From Octopus vulgaris (lineage: Eukaryota), in assembly GCA_951406725.2 (NCBI GenBank), contig OX597815.1, positions 43,214,001 through 43,278,000 on the forward strand: a DNA stretch of 64,000 bases, read 5' to 3'. Positions within the stretch are counted from its first letter, which is position 1; every line of letters begins with the position of its first letter. Under the pieces are notes generated by a model. That model made no database searches and was not told where the DNA came from. It saw only the letters and a program-made list of their open reading frames with translations. The position numbers and the translations under genes were made by a program. Shown here one piece after another: positions 1-12,702 of the stretch.

Positions 1-195
1 CTGCCTCCATTCTTCAATGTTGTCTTGAAAATCATTCAACGACACACAGACAAATTACAGCAAATATCAATAAAACCATATTGAATCATTAGTTTTGACC
101 GATATGCGATTGAAGTCCACAAAGTAGCTACAAATTCTAGAGCTTGTTATCTCTGATGGCCTTTTTCGGAGAATACACAGTCATAACATAGCGGT

Positions 196-404
196 TTTAA
201 ATTTTGGTACAATGCCAGCAATTTCAAGGGAGCGGGTTAGTCGATTACATCAGCTCCAGTGCTCAACTGTTACTTATTTTATCGACCCAGTAAAGACTAA
301 AAAAATTCGAGCTAGGCAGAATTTGAACTCAGAACGTAAAGACGGACGAGATGCCGCCAAGCATTTTTGCTCGGTGCGCTAACGATTCTGCCAGCTCACC
401 GCCT
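196..404 (-). mobile_element. tRNA-derived SINE, family B
   Basis: Reverse complement reads ggcggtgagctggcagaatcgttagc...gagttcaaattc...gggtcgataaaataagta; matches the well-preserved copy at 46389-46620. Confidence 0.85.
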
Positions 405-519
405 TTCACGATCATAGCATATTAAAATCTACTCCTCAAGAAGCATAACCTTAATTTCGGAGCTTGGACATATTGTAGCTTTGATCAACAACTTATTCCC
501 TTCAAAGTTCAGGACATAA

Positions 520-870
520 CTACAATAAAATGCTATTCTAACATCTAGTGTGGTAGTGCTACTGCTCACACAAACATCCTAAATCGCATCCAAAAGAAAA
601 TCTTGATCCTGTAAACTCTAACCCTAACATATACTGTATCTTCTCTCTCCTCTTAAACTATAACTGCCTCTACTCTCCTGAACAAGCTATTTATGCATTA
701 CCTCAATCCAAGCGGAACTAACACATTCGTTCTCCCATTCTGGTCGGTCCTGCTATATATCATCTTTTCCTGAATCTGCTCTTTCTACAGAACGTCGACC
801 ATCTGGAATTCCTTCGAATGTGCGTATTTCCTGCTGATGTCAAATTACATATGCTGAAGTTGAACAATAG
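520..870 (+). mobile_element. Highly degraded 3' end of an L2/CR1-group LINE
   Basis: Fragments translate to motifs typical of LINE ORF2 C-termini (NILNRIQKK; FYRTSTIWNS..VFP) with stops and frameshifts. Confidence 0.45.
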
Positions 871-1055
871 CGGGTGTCGTAGTTGTAATCTTTTATCTGT
901 GATCAAAAACTTATACTTTGAATACGTATGATTCTTTTCTTTCTATTTTTCCTGGGAGTTATTCAACAATTTTCGCGAACCATTTTTTAATCTGATTCTC
1001 ATCTCTATTGTTATATGTTATAGTCTCTTCTCCGTTCGTATTTATCAAATTTAGT

Positions 1056-1084
1056 ATGTGTGTGTGTGTATGTATATATATATA

Positions 1085-1181
<97 letters not shown>

Positions 1182-1275
1182 GATGATAGATAGAGATAGA
1201 TATATATATAAACATACATACATACATACATACATACATATGTATGTGTATGTATGTATGTATGTATGTATGTAT

Positions 1276-1318
<43 letters not shown>

Positions 1319-1452
1319 GTATATATGTGTATGTATATATATACAGATAGATAGATACATACATACATAAGTATGTATATGTATATGGATATGTGTGTGT
1401 ATATACATATATATATGTATGTGTGTGATATATATGTATATGTGTGCATATG

Positions 1453-1485
<33 letters not shown>

Positions 1486-1556
1486 ATATATATGTAATAT
1501 GTATATATATTTATATATATATATATATATATGTATACCTACATACACACACACAT
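1056..1556. repeat. Compound microsatellite (TA)n/(CATA)n/(TG)n
   Basis: Direct reading; explains the YIYI ORFs. Confidence 0.95.
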
Positions 1557-2326
1557 ATTCTAATATGATAGAGATAGAGGTAAATATAATGGTAGTATAA
1601 TAGTTCCTATTGGATGTAAAAGAATTTGTGCGCGCGCGCGTGTGTGTTTCTCTGTGTCTGTCTTGTGAGAGTGGAAATCTTATGGACCGGAAATTACCAT
1701 TGTCTAGTTTGTCACTTTAGTTCCTTTAGTTAATTACATTTGTCTGTGGAGTTCGCTACAGGGGTTTACCGAAGCTTCGAATTTTGATCATTTTTACAAT
1801 AATATACATACGTGTAAGTATGCGTGTGTTGGGTGTTAACATGTGTGTATATGCGCATGTGTATAGAGCGCGCGGCACCATTAAGCACTACTTAAGAAAC
1901 ACTAATCACACAAGCTTCTCTTCTATGAACTTCCCCCACCAGCAGTCGGCTCCAACCCCACCACGTGACTTTCCTAAAACTATTTCCAAAGATATGTTAA
2001 AACGATACAGTTTCTACACATTATTCTGTCGGAACCTCTGGTAAAGTTTCAACCCATATTAAGCAGGGGACAATCGAGTATTCTCAGTTACACTAGTCGC
2101 TTTACCCCCTGTTTTGTTCTCTTTATTCTCCTTTGTGCATCGCTCATTTTCCTTCGTGTTTCGCCCTCCTCTTTCTTCTTACCATATTCCTTTGATCGCC
2201 CCTCCATCTCCAGCTCATTTGCTGTCTCTTTAGCTTTTTCCTTCTCCCTACTCTTGATGTCTTACCAGACACATAATACACACACCCTCAAAGACACACG
2301 CACGTATATATGCATACACACTCACA

Positions 2327-2336
2327 CAACAACAAC

Positions 2337-2409
<73 letters not shown>
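2327..2409. repeat. (CAA)n-(CA)n microsatellite
   Basis: Direct reading. Confidence 0.95.
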
Positions 2410-2411
<2 letters not shown>

Positions 2412-2799
2412 ACAAACATATATACCATGCACATCCCTCTGTTCTGCATGCGCATAATACATTTCCAACTTTCTTCCGAGAACTCAGCATCTTTGAACTT
2501 TATAAACTCTGTTTAAAGACCACAATCCATGTTGTAATATTGTTATACCTACTAAGCAAATTTCACATAACACAGAGGTAATTATTATAAGCATCTATCA
2601 TCATGCTTTTAACAGTATTAGGGGAGTTTCTTTTACACCATGAGCTGAAGTTCCGTGTTTGTAAGGTGTATGGCTTTTATTTGTATATTACATCTGCTTT
2701 GCTTCGTTGTGGAGCTCTTTGTTGTTTCTGGTATCATTTTTGTCTTTTGTTTGTTGTGCAGAGTTATCCATATACAAGAAGTGGGGCAAATTTCGATGG

Positions 2800-2970
2800 A
2801 GCAGTTAAACCCATATGTTTGGTAAGTAGTTTGCTTACCAACCCCATGGTTCCGGGTTCACTTCCACTGCGTAGCACCTTGGGCAAGTGTCTTCTACTGT
2901 AGCCACCGCTGACCAAAGCCTTGTGTGTGTGTGGATTTGGTAGACGGAAACTGAAAGAAGCCCGTCGTAC

Positions 2971-3019
<49 letters not shown>

Positions 3020-3159
3020 AATGTAAAAAAAATACAAACTGGGACAAGAACGTGAAACATTTAGAAGACGATACAAAAAACACGGACGGGACATTCGAAG
3101 CCTTCAATCTTCAGTCAAGAACCTGATCATCTTCGCAATTTCGGCTGATTAATCTTGAC

Positions 3160-3202
<43 letters not shown>

Positions 3203-3420
3203 TGTGTCTGTGTTTCCCCCCCCCCCCACTAACATTGCTAGACAATGGATGCTGGTGTGTTTACGTCACCGTAACTTAGCGGTTTGGCAAAAGCAGACGA
3301 TAGAATAAGTACTAGGCTTACAAAGAATAAGTCCTGGGGTCGATTTGCTCGACTAAAGGCGGTGCTCCAGCATGGCCGCATTCAAATGACTGAAACAAAT
3401 AAAAGAATAAAAGAATAACA
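2800..3420 (+). mobile_element. tRNA-derived SINE, family A (internal microsatellite), with a nested insert
   Basis: ggtaagtag..ggttccgggttca..ccttgggcaagtgtcttct..(TA)/(TG)..gatgctggtgtgtttacgtc..ggggtcgatttgctcgactaaaggcggtgctccagcatggccgc..ctgaaacaa tail; matches 31166-31580. Confidence 0.9.
3017..3160 (-). mobile_element. Short non-coding insert inside the (TA)n of a SINE; probable Penelope pLTR-derived fragment
   Basis: Flanked by TA runs; homologous to 23733-23891 (gggacaagaacg..gacgatacaaa..ggacggg.cattcg..gcaatt.cggctgat); minus strand carries cagccGAAAttgc. Confidence 0.55.
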
Positions 3421-3904
3421 GAATATAACAAAAGTGAACTACCAGCAATAACACAGAACGGCCAGTGGTATGAATTTGGACAACAAAGACCTGTGAAATG
3501 CCATACATGGCAAATTCTTGATTTCTTGACAATATATATGCTTCCAGAGAAGGTAAAAAAAAAAATGCCTGGTGGCAACTGCGACCGACTCCGTATGAAA
3601 AGATAATTTCAAGAATGAGAAATTCTTCGGAATTGACATGCCATTAAAAAAAACTGTCGTTTTGTCATTTTTTTTTTTTTTGAAAGAACACTGTGCTTCT
3701 GCCTCAGTAGACGTCATCGGCACAATATTAACAATAGGAATGGTGAATAATATATCAAATACACGCAGAGTTGAGTCTCTTAAATGTAATGTAGTTAATT
3801 ATAAAACTTTGATTAACAAAAATTATCCTTTCAGTTAAAGAACAAAAACTCCCACTAGGGTTATTTAAACTTTAAATACAACAAACATGAGATAACTAAT
3901 AATG

Positions 3905-4115
3905 ATTTCAAATTTTGACACAAGCCAGCAAATTTAGTGGGAGCTGGTAAGTCGACGACATCGCATCCAGTGTTTAATTCGTATTTATTTTATCGATCCT
4001 CGAAAGGACAAAATGCAAAGTCTACCTCAGCAGCATTTGACCTTTGAATGTAAAACCGTAAAAATGCCATTACGCATTTTCTCGAAATGTGCAAACGATT
4101 CATCCAGCTCGCCTG
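3905..4115 (-). mobile_element. SINE family B, degenerate
   Basis: Similarity to the family B head and body. Confidence 0.7.
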
Positions 4116-4299
4116 ATAATATCAGCTATTTCGATTTTGAAGAAAATTTAGATAGCACGCTGAGGAGCCGAGTTTGCTGTAAAAGCCGACTGATAAAAGC
4201 TAAAAGCAAGGTAGACATAGATTCATTACTTAAATACATGCGCTCGGCTATGTGTACACACATACGCGATGATTCTACGATAAGGACAAGACTTAAAAT

Positions 4300-4482
4300 T
4301 TAGGAGAGAGAGGCTAGTCGATCACATCGATCCTAGTGCTAATTTTATCGACTCCGATAGACAAATATATATATTAAAAAAAAAAATCGATCTCGACGGA
4401 ATTTTAATTCAGAACATAAAGACAGACGAAATGTCTGTAAACTTTTTATCCGGCGTTTTAAAGATTCTACCAGCTCACCGCC
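4300..4482 (-). mobile_element. SINE family B, degenerate
   Basis: Ends cagctcaccgcc; body tagtcgatcacatcga..ttttatcgac. Confidence 0.75.
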
Positions 4483-5073
4483 TGACGTCCATACGTAATA
4501 AAGCAAGTTAATGCAAATACATTGTATTCTACACTATACAAAGATAACATACGCTTACAAACGGGACCACAAATAAACACTTAGGAAACGTATTTCGCGT
4601 CAATTTGCTTTGTCCTTTCAAAAAAAGAACAGGGCGCCCGTTTACTAACCGTTTAAATGTAAAAAGAAGGCTCTCAGGTAAAACAGGCCCTAACGATTTT
4701 TTTTTTCTCTCTTTCAGCTTTTTCTTTCTTCTTCCCGAAACATGATTTAACTAGTAGGATGGATGCAGGACTGAATGAGCAACAGGACTCCTATTTTAAC
4801 GACAGAAAATAAATGACGTCTGTTGAAAGTTTTGTGATGATGACAGGTGAAAGAGTGGTGATGGGTGGTGGTGGAGAGGGCATGAAGGGTTGTTGGATAT
4901 CGAGGCTAATAACACTTGGCAAGGCTGGTGGCGGACCGAATTTTCGTTAGGGGAGGGAGGATACAAAGAACAAAGGGGCAAGTTCAATGGGCTCCTCAGG
5001 CAGCTCGTCATGCTGAGATGCTGACACGTGTCTTATTCTAAATGTTGTTTCCGAATTTTATGGGGTTGAAGTG

Positions 5074-5075
<2 letters not shown>

Positions 5076-5126
<51 letters not shown>

Positions 5127-5393
5127 TATCAAAGAAAAATTAAAAAAAGCCTACAAAACTGTGTGAGTGTATGAATGTGTATGTATGTGTGTTTGTGTGT
5201 GTGCATGCTTGTTCGCGTGTCTGTGTTTGTGCGTGTAAATGTGGTTTAGATAGTCATTTGCCCATGGCCCTATATAAATGGCAGACGTACATATGTATAA
5301 ATGTGTGTGTGTGTGTGATAATGTATGTATGTATGTATGTATGCTTTATGTATGAATATATATATATATATGTATGCTTTATGTATGAATATA

Positions 5394-5438
<45 letters not shown>

Positions 5439-5586
5439 CGGTTTATTCCCAGACCGGGCGTTGTGTGTGTTTATTGAGCGAAAACACCTATCCACGAGGC
5501 TATGGTGATGTACTCAAAAGGCGGTGCTTTATGTATATATATATATATATGTATGTATGTATGTATGCTTTATGTATGGATATATA

Positions 5587-5630
<44 letters not shown>

Positions 5631-5661
5631 TATATACATATATATTTGTTCATACATAAAG

Positions 5662-5716
<55 letters not shown>

Positions 5717-5741
5717 TACAATCCTTACGTGCATGTGCGTG

Positions 5742-5790
<49 letters not shown>

Positions 5791-5865
5791 TATATATACA
5801 TATATATACACACGCGCGCACACATACACAACTACACACACGGACATATACATATATACATATGT
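5076..5865. repeat. Compound TA/CA/TG microsatellite containing a family C SINE fragment (about 5436-5505)
   Basis: atcgcggttt.attcccagaccgggcgttgtg.gtgtttattgagcgaaaacaccta matches 39517-39573. Confidence 0.85.
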
Positions 5866-6419
5866 ACTAACATACTTCGCTACATATCGAAACCTACACA
5901 CGCTCAGACATACACAAAAAAGAACCAGCAACTAAAAAAGCTAAAAACACATGATCACATTATGTGTAGTATTTTCTTGACTTTTTGATCTATTATCATC
6001 TTGACACCTTCTATAACCCTTCTCCCTCTTTCACTAGATTTTGTTGTTAATGGGCTGTTGTCGCTGCTAGATAGAATCTACTATCGCTATTGTTTGCTAC
6101 TTAAATATTAATGTATTAAAATTATATTATTATCAACAATTAAGCGTTGTGCATAAATTAAATGTGTTAGGGCGTCACTCTATGGGACGCGAACCGATGG
6201 TAAATGTATTTGAGCAAAAATCGATTTCTTTTTCTTCGCTTTTGTTTTGTCTCATCAAGTATACATTTGTAATTTTTAAAATTCTACATATTAGCTTCCC
6301 AACTACATAGTTCCAAACTACATGGGATCCTAATCGACCAAAAACCTTGTGAGTGGCTTTGGTATACGACAACTGGAAATTGCACGTCGTATAATATATA
6401 TATATATATATATATATAT

Positions 6420-6632
6420 TATTTACTTGTTTCAGTCATTTGACTGCGGCCATGCTGGAACACCGCCTTTCGTTGGGCAAATCGACCCCAGGACTTATTC
6501 TTTGTAAGCATAATACTTATTCTATCGGTCGCTTTTGCCGAACCGCTAAGTTATGTGGACGTAAACACACCAGCATCGGTTGTCAAGCGATGTTGGGGGG
6601 AGACAAACACAGACACACACACACACACACAT

Positions 6633-6690
<58 letters not shown>

Positions 6691-6863
6691 GAGACATAAA
6701 AATACGACGGATTTCTTTCAGTTTCCGTCTACCAAATCCACTCACGAAGCTTTGGTCGGCCTGAGTCTATAGTAGAAGACACTTGCCCAAGGGTTCAGTG
6801 GGACTGAACCCGGAACCATGTGGCTGGAAAGCAAACTACTTACCACATAGCCACGCCTACGTC
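6420..6863 (-). mobile_element. SINE family A
   Basis: Near full-length reverse copy of family A. Confidence 0.9.
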
Positions 6864-6998
6864 TCTATATATATACAATTGAATAAAGTTACAAAAGGGT
6901 CTGGTTTTCATGTTTTTTATTATTGAATTTTAAAAGATTTTTTACAATGTTGAAGTGTGTTAAATATTAAAATATATTTAGTAATGTTCATAAGGTTC

Positions 6999-7036
6999 AA
7001 TTAGAGCTTTCATACGTTCGTAGTAATCATCAGATT
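6999..7036 (-). ncRNA. Minimal hammerhead ribozyme motif in the PLE 3' pLTR
   Basis: Minus strand aat-CTGATGA-ttac tacgaac gtat-GAA-A gctc T-A-att; core intact, stems short. Confidence 0.6.
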
Positions 7037-7413
7037 TCAAAATGTATTAACTGACAGCACTTGAGTGTTTGACAACTGTAGTAAAATGACTGTCTTCCTT
7101 TTTATACCTTTTAGAAGGCTCCGAATGCAGTTTTGACCAATCAGTATGTAGCTTAAACGTCACAGTTTGCCGGGTACACCGATATTACTGGAATAGATCC
7201 CGCCTTTATTTTAACCAATTAGCTTGCAGTTTACATGTAATGTTTTTTATGAGAGAGCAAAATTAGTTGGTCTCAATCGTTTTTTTTATTTCAGTTGGTG
7301 GGAGTCTTCTGTAATTTGCTTATATTCATATGTTAAAGATATTTTTTAATCCGCATCATCAACTGGTTGTTATATTATTGTTGTTATTCCCGCACAGAAC
7401 AGGTTTGAACATT

Positions 7414-8119
7414 TTAATAAAACGATTTTTCTTTTATCTTTCTTCCAACCTCACTTATGTCATGTAGTTTGTGGAAAGGAAAAATTAGAAACATTTTCTG
7501 ACCGTCTGTTTGTTCTATGGAATATGGAATTTGGAGAACATTGGTGTTCCGGGTTTGTTGTCTGTGAACTCGTGAGCGTTCCGATAATACATTCCTTGTC
7601 TCGCCAATATATAGTTCCCCGAAATTAGGGCATTTAATGCAGTAGATCAAATTTCTGCTTTTGTGAAAATCTGCCCATTTTTTGTTCTAATGGATCTACC
7701 AGTATGCATCTATTGACACGTTCCACATCTGTTATCATTGGATACTGTGAATGTTTTATCCTGTTTGTTCGTGTTGAATTTTGCCTTTGTTAATTCTTTT
7801 TTTAGCTTATGTGGTTGCTTGTGTTTAAGATAAGTGCTTGATTAGTTAAGTTTTTTGATTTTTAACTTTTTTTCGTGACTGGCAAATTTGTTTTGATGAT
7901 GTTAAAACTGTTTTGGTGATGCGGATTGTGTGTTACTAGAAATAGTATTGCGTTCCGTTGACGGGTTTGTCTTTCTCGTGTTGCCCAAAGTTGTTCTATA
8001 GGTATCTGTTTTGCTCGTTGTATGCTATTTTCTATAAGTAGGAGTGGGTATTTTTGAATGAGCAGAAATACTTTGAGTTCTCTAAGTCGTATGTTCCTAG
8101 TATTTGGATCATCTACTAT
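7414..8119 (-). pseudogene. PLE ORF remnant (RT thumb/linker plus GIY-YIG endonuclease), frameshifted
   Basis: ORF 7414-7650 has the IYCIKC/YIGET GIY-YIG motif; the upstream frame at about 7920-8119 is PLE linker-like. Confidence 0.8.
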
Positions 8120-8229
8120 GAACGGAGATAAAAACAGTAATATAACAACCAGTTAATGATGTGGATTAAAAAATGTTTAACATACGAATATAAACAAGTT
8201 ACGGAAAACTTTTATTAATATTTAGCAGA

Positions 8230-8410
8230 ACCAAGCGGCGAGCAGGCAGATTTGTTAGCACGCCGGACAAAATGCTTAGCGTCTCTACGTTCTGAGCTCA
8301 AATTCCACCGAAGTCGACTTGGCCTTTCATCCAGTTGTTCATCGGGGTCGATATAATCGACTAGCCCCTTTCCCCAAATAAATTTCAGGCTGTATCCGTA
8401 TAGTAGAAAT
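8230..8410 (+). mobile_element. SINE family B
   Basis: gcggcgagcaggcaga..gttagcacgccggac..gtcgacttggcctttcatcc. Confidence 0.8.
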
Positions 8411-8829
8411 GTCTAAGGTCACCATAGAATTCTAGCTATTGGTTCACTGCTTCTCTGACAGCGACAGTGGCAGGAGAGTGTCTATAACTAGATGCAGATA
8501 ATATTTACGATATTCGGAAAATTAAGCAGTTTCGTAGGATTACAATTATGACGGACCCATTACTTCTTTGAATACATTCTGAGATCTGAGAATGTCTTCA
8601 ATGTTTATTGCAGAATAGCTTGTTGCTCGGTAATTGTCAAAGTTTCAATTATAAACTTCATTCTCATGCAACTTCAGCGAAAATGAGTTTTACGTATCAG
8701 TTACTTTTAATTCTATATAAAGAAGATTCCCATTTTGAAATAAGTGTCTGCATCTCAAAAAAAGGATCTTGATTCTGCGAATAGTTTCCCTGTTCAAAGA
8801 AATGTTTTGGTCTTTGATTTGTTTAAGTT

Positions 8830-9155
8830 GTCGGACTACGGCTTTGTTGTGAAAACGCCTTGAAAGGTTTCAAGAAATCGATCTCAGTATTTATTTTGGG
8901 GACTCATTGATCAAACCGCTAGATTACAAGGATTATAAGTAAACTAATATCGGTTGTCAAGCGGTGGAGACAGCAACACAAAGACACACACACATATCGA
9001 CGTTAGTCTTCTACATAGTTTCCTTCTCCCAAATTCTCTCACATTACATTAGTCAACGTGGAGCAATAGTAAACACTTACTGAGGGGCAGTGCTGTGGGA
9101 CTGAACCTGAAACCACGTGGCTGAAAGCAAGCTTCTTAACCACACAACTATGCAT
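8830..9155 (-). mobile_element. SINE family A, degenerate
   Basis: tcggttgtcaagcg..gggactgaacctgaaaccacgtgg..gcttcttaaccacaca. Confidence 0.7.
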
Positions 9156-9353
9156 GTATAATGAAAATTTAATTCCCTTTTCGAATTTTATGTTTATTTC
9201 TTAAGGTTTTGTATTTTCTTTGAAAGTGAGACTTCTGACTTATGATTGGTTTTATATTTGAGTGGATGTATTGAAATAGTGAGTTTACGTATCTGTTGTA
9301 TCAAGCCGTTATTTTTCAAGTTACTGAGTTTTATAAAACTCCTTAACATTTAG

Positions 9354-9429
9354 TCAGACATTTGCTTCTGCACTACTGAGACAATAATCTGAGCTGTTGC
9401 TGTTGTTATTGCTTCGCCAAAGATGAGCC
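9354..9429 (-). CDS. Speculative terminal coding exon (AHLWRSNNNSNSSDYCLSSAEANV*)
   Basis: Unique sequence; acceptor tgtttattcag, then phase-2 G-GCT-CAT..TGA; AATAAA downstream at 9193-9198 on the minus strand; no homology recognised. Confidence 0.25.
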
Positions 9430-9441
9430 CTGAATAAACAG

Positions 9442-9495
<54 letters not shown>

Positions 9496-11499
9496 ATTCC
9501 AGCTATGAATCCACATTTTGTCATGTATGATATATCTAAGACTATCTTATCAAATATTTCTACCCGTTTTTTAAGCTGCTTACTGAATCTGAATGTACGT
9601 TCTTTGTCTGAATTGTGAATTTTGCCAGAATTAATTGAAACTCGTGTCAAACATCAGCTTAATTGTATAATAGGGAAAATTATGTGGAAGGTACGCACTC
9701 GTGATTTGGAATGCATTTGCCAGGAGTTCGGTATATAACCATAGAGTTAGTTTGACTTACACACTCAATTGAACAGATATCAATTTCTATAGCAAGCCAT
9801 GGTGAATAGAAATCTATTATTTCACAAAATTGTATGAATCAGTATCGATATATTAGAATCAGCATATTTTCTTTCTATTCTATTTTTCATTTCAAAGCTT
9901 ATGGGTTTTTTCCCAGTACTAAACTGACACGGAGCCCTGTATTATTTTCTATTCAATTTTCAGTCTAAAAATTTGCGAAATACATATGATTTAATAAACA
10001 ATACTATTTTTGTATTATAAATATAGACTGAAAAAAAAAAGAAGAATGGCGAGGCCGATGCTTAGTCACATGATCGAGTGCTTACTCATTGTTGTTATTG
10101 TCATTGTTGTCGTCATAGAATACATGGCAGTAGTGAAAGATATCTCGTTGGTGGTGGAAGCTTACGTGGAGTAAGTTCACGAGGCATGTACCATTGAATA
10201 CTAGCGTTACTATTCAGCCGGAATTAGAATAAGAACTTCGATTCAATATAGTTAAGCAAAGATGAGTGAGTTCTCTGAGTTGAGACAAAGAAATGGAATG
10301 GATTTTCAGGCTCATTAGAGAATTTACACTCAACAAAATACTCATGTATTAAGTAGGGTTCCTTTTCTGAAGTACATGTTGTTTAAAACTGTTTCGGTGT
10401 AAATATTTACACTTAGGTGTATTAAAATACCCTTATACTTTTATATAATATATCAGAAGAAAGCGATAAAAAAGCTAAATGCCAAGAAAACAAGAAAAAA
10501 GAAAAGAAAATGAACAACACTAGCAGTAACAAAATCAACAACAATAACAGTAACAGCAGCAGCAACAATAACAACAATAGCAACAATAACAGTTTTGAAC
10601 TACGTGACTTTATGCGAGCTGAACTCGACAAATTCGAGAAAACGGTTGAAGTTTGTATATTTAAATGATATACGCTACACGCAAACATTATCGTATACAC
10701 ATAGATTTTCTCAGTCAGAACTAACCTAAGGTCAGGTCAAATTCTACGATTAGGTTAACCTCGACAGCCGTCTCGAGTGTAGTATTGATCCATGTAGTCC
10801 ATTAGTCCATAGTTTTATACAAATGAATCACTTAAAGAAAATATACGCCAGTGCTCGTAGCAGTTCACACAATTCATTGTTAGATCATAAACACTTCATA
10901 GTTTTCGATACTGATAGTAGTAATGTTAAATAACTAATGTTATTATTCTGCAGAAACTAAATCTTGCTTCGATCAAATGATTTCTTGACGTATAAAGTAT
11001 TTGGGTTCCGACAGGATAGAGAAACGAAGTATTTCCACTGAAGCATTAAACTCGAACTTGTAGTTATCTACACTCTCGAACTGGAGTCTTGAGGCAGATT
11101 GAAATTCCTGGCTCATTATCAGTAAATCTAATGTATGCGCTTACGAAGAGTTATATAGAATCGAAATAAGAAGACTAATAAAGGCTTTAGCACATCTCTT
11201 TTACTAGTTACAGCTGTTTCGTTACCACCCCGTCTTTAATGTCACTGCATGCAAATGATTTCATTTGAAGAGTTGTATAATATTTGTGGCTGATTCTATT
11301 ATAGTGGTACTTCATCAAACATAGATCTAAAGGTGCACTCTTACACATAAAGTAGAAAGAAAAAAAATCTATCGACTATGTACTTACGAGTTGCAAGAAT
11401 TTGGGAAAATCATTAATGAGTATAAATAACAAAGATAGTGATGCTGAAGTTTTGTGCTGTAATGGTTCGAAAACTTCAAATATTTTTTGCTATCAAAAG

Positions 11500-11765
11500 G
11501 AGTTCTCTTCATATTACAAAAGAAACGTTTGGTTCGTGTGCCTGTTTTCTTAGCACTAAAGTTCTTCCTCACACTGTTGGTATCAGCAGGATGTTGCGAA
11601 CATAGTTTTTCAAAGCTCAAACTTATAAAACTTTATGCATGCTCGATAATGTTGCAAAAGAAAACAGTTGACTTCGTAGCGATATCAACTGAACATGATC
11701 CAAGTAAAAGCACTTAATCTAATTGAATTGGTGACAAAATTTGCAAAGGAGAAAACACGCAAATG
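11500..11765 (+). pseudogene. hAT transposase C-terminal dimerization domain remnant
   Basis: ALKFFLTLLVSAGCCEHSFSKLKLIK..AISTEH resembles the hAT motif ..lP.s.a..ERsFS.lklik..LRstm. Confidence 0.75.
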
Positions 11766-12319
11766 AGAATTTTATTAACCTAAACTCGAAACTTTTATGA
11801 GACTTGAATTTTAACAACACCATTCACAAGATTAGTGCTTCCGACATGCAGATAACCAGATAAAGTAGAGGCCTTTCTCTTCTTATGTTACTATGTTCAA
11901 ACTGTTTTTAAAGCAAGACGGTTTTGTTACAGAAAGTACTCTTAAAGCTTATATGCCCTTGGGTGCAAAATAAGAACCTTTCATGCCGCGTTGCTCATGG
12001 TGAACGGTGCAGTCCACCGGATACCCTTCACCTGAAACTAATTTTACGCCAAAGTATTTTCTTTTGTATCACAGAAAGATAATCAAAGATTGATGTATTA
12101 GTATTTATTCTAGAAAATTTAGTTTGAAATTCGTGGTTTCCAGTTCTGTAGAGTTTTTTCTTCTATAAAACATTTATTTTTTAAAATCGACGACGGCAGT
12201 TTTGTTTGAAAGGTGGAGCTGCAAGTAAATACTCACTCATAGGGACTAAAATAGTCTCGTAACAGCTTTCTATCTCAGGAAATAAATCAGCAACGTCAAC
12301 AACAACTGACTCCGGGAAG

Positions 12320-12530
12320 ACGGTTAGCTGGCAGAATCGTTAGCGCGTCGGATAAAATGCTTAGCGACATTTCTTCTGGCTTTACGTTCTTAGTTCAAAT
12401 TCCACTGTGGTCGACTTTGCTTCTCATCTTTACGGAATCGATAAAATAAGTACCCGTTAAGCACTGGGGTGAATGTAATCGATTACTTACTCTCAACCTG
12501 AATCTCAGGCTTTATACCTGTTGTAGAAAG
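12320..12530 (+). mobile_element. SINE family B
   Basis: agctggcagaatcgttagcgcgtcgg..gtcgactttgc..ataaaataagtacc..cactgggg. Confidence 0.8.
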
Positions 12531-12647
12531 AAAAACAAAACAAAAATAAAAATAAAAATAGAAACAATTGATAGACATAGATGAATATTTATACATAAAC
12601 AAGAAATGTTCATATGCGTGCACGCATGTGTATATGCATGTGGTCAT

Positions 12648-12702
<55 letters not shown>

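Larger units (their letters stand above)
6870..8212 (-). mobile_element. Penelope-like retroelement (PLE), 5'-truncated, with inverted partial pseudo-LTR
   Basis: Minus-strand linker IVDDPNTRNIRLRELKVFLLIQKYPLLLIENSIQRAKQIP..FLVTHNP followed by GIY-YIG LIYCIKC..GELYIGET..L.ER.RVHRQQ; 8120-8210 is an inverted copy of 7303-7393; 3' end abuts (TA)n. Confidence 0.85.
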
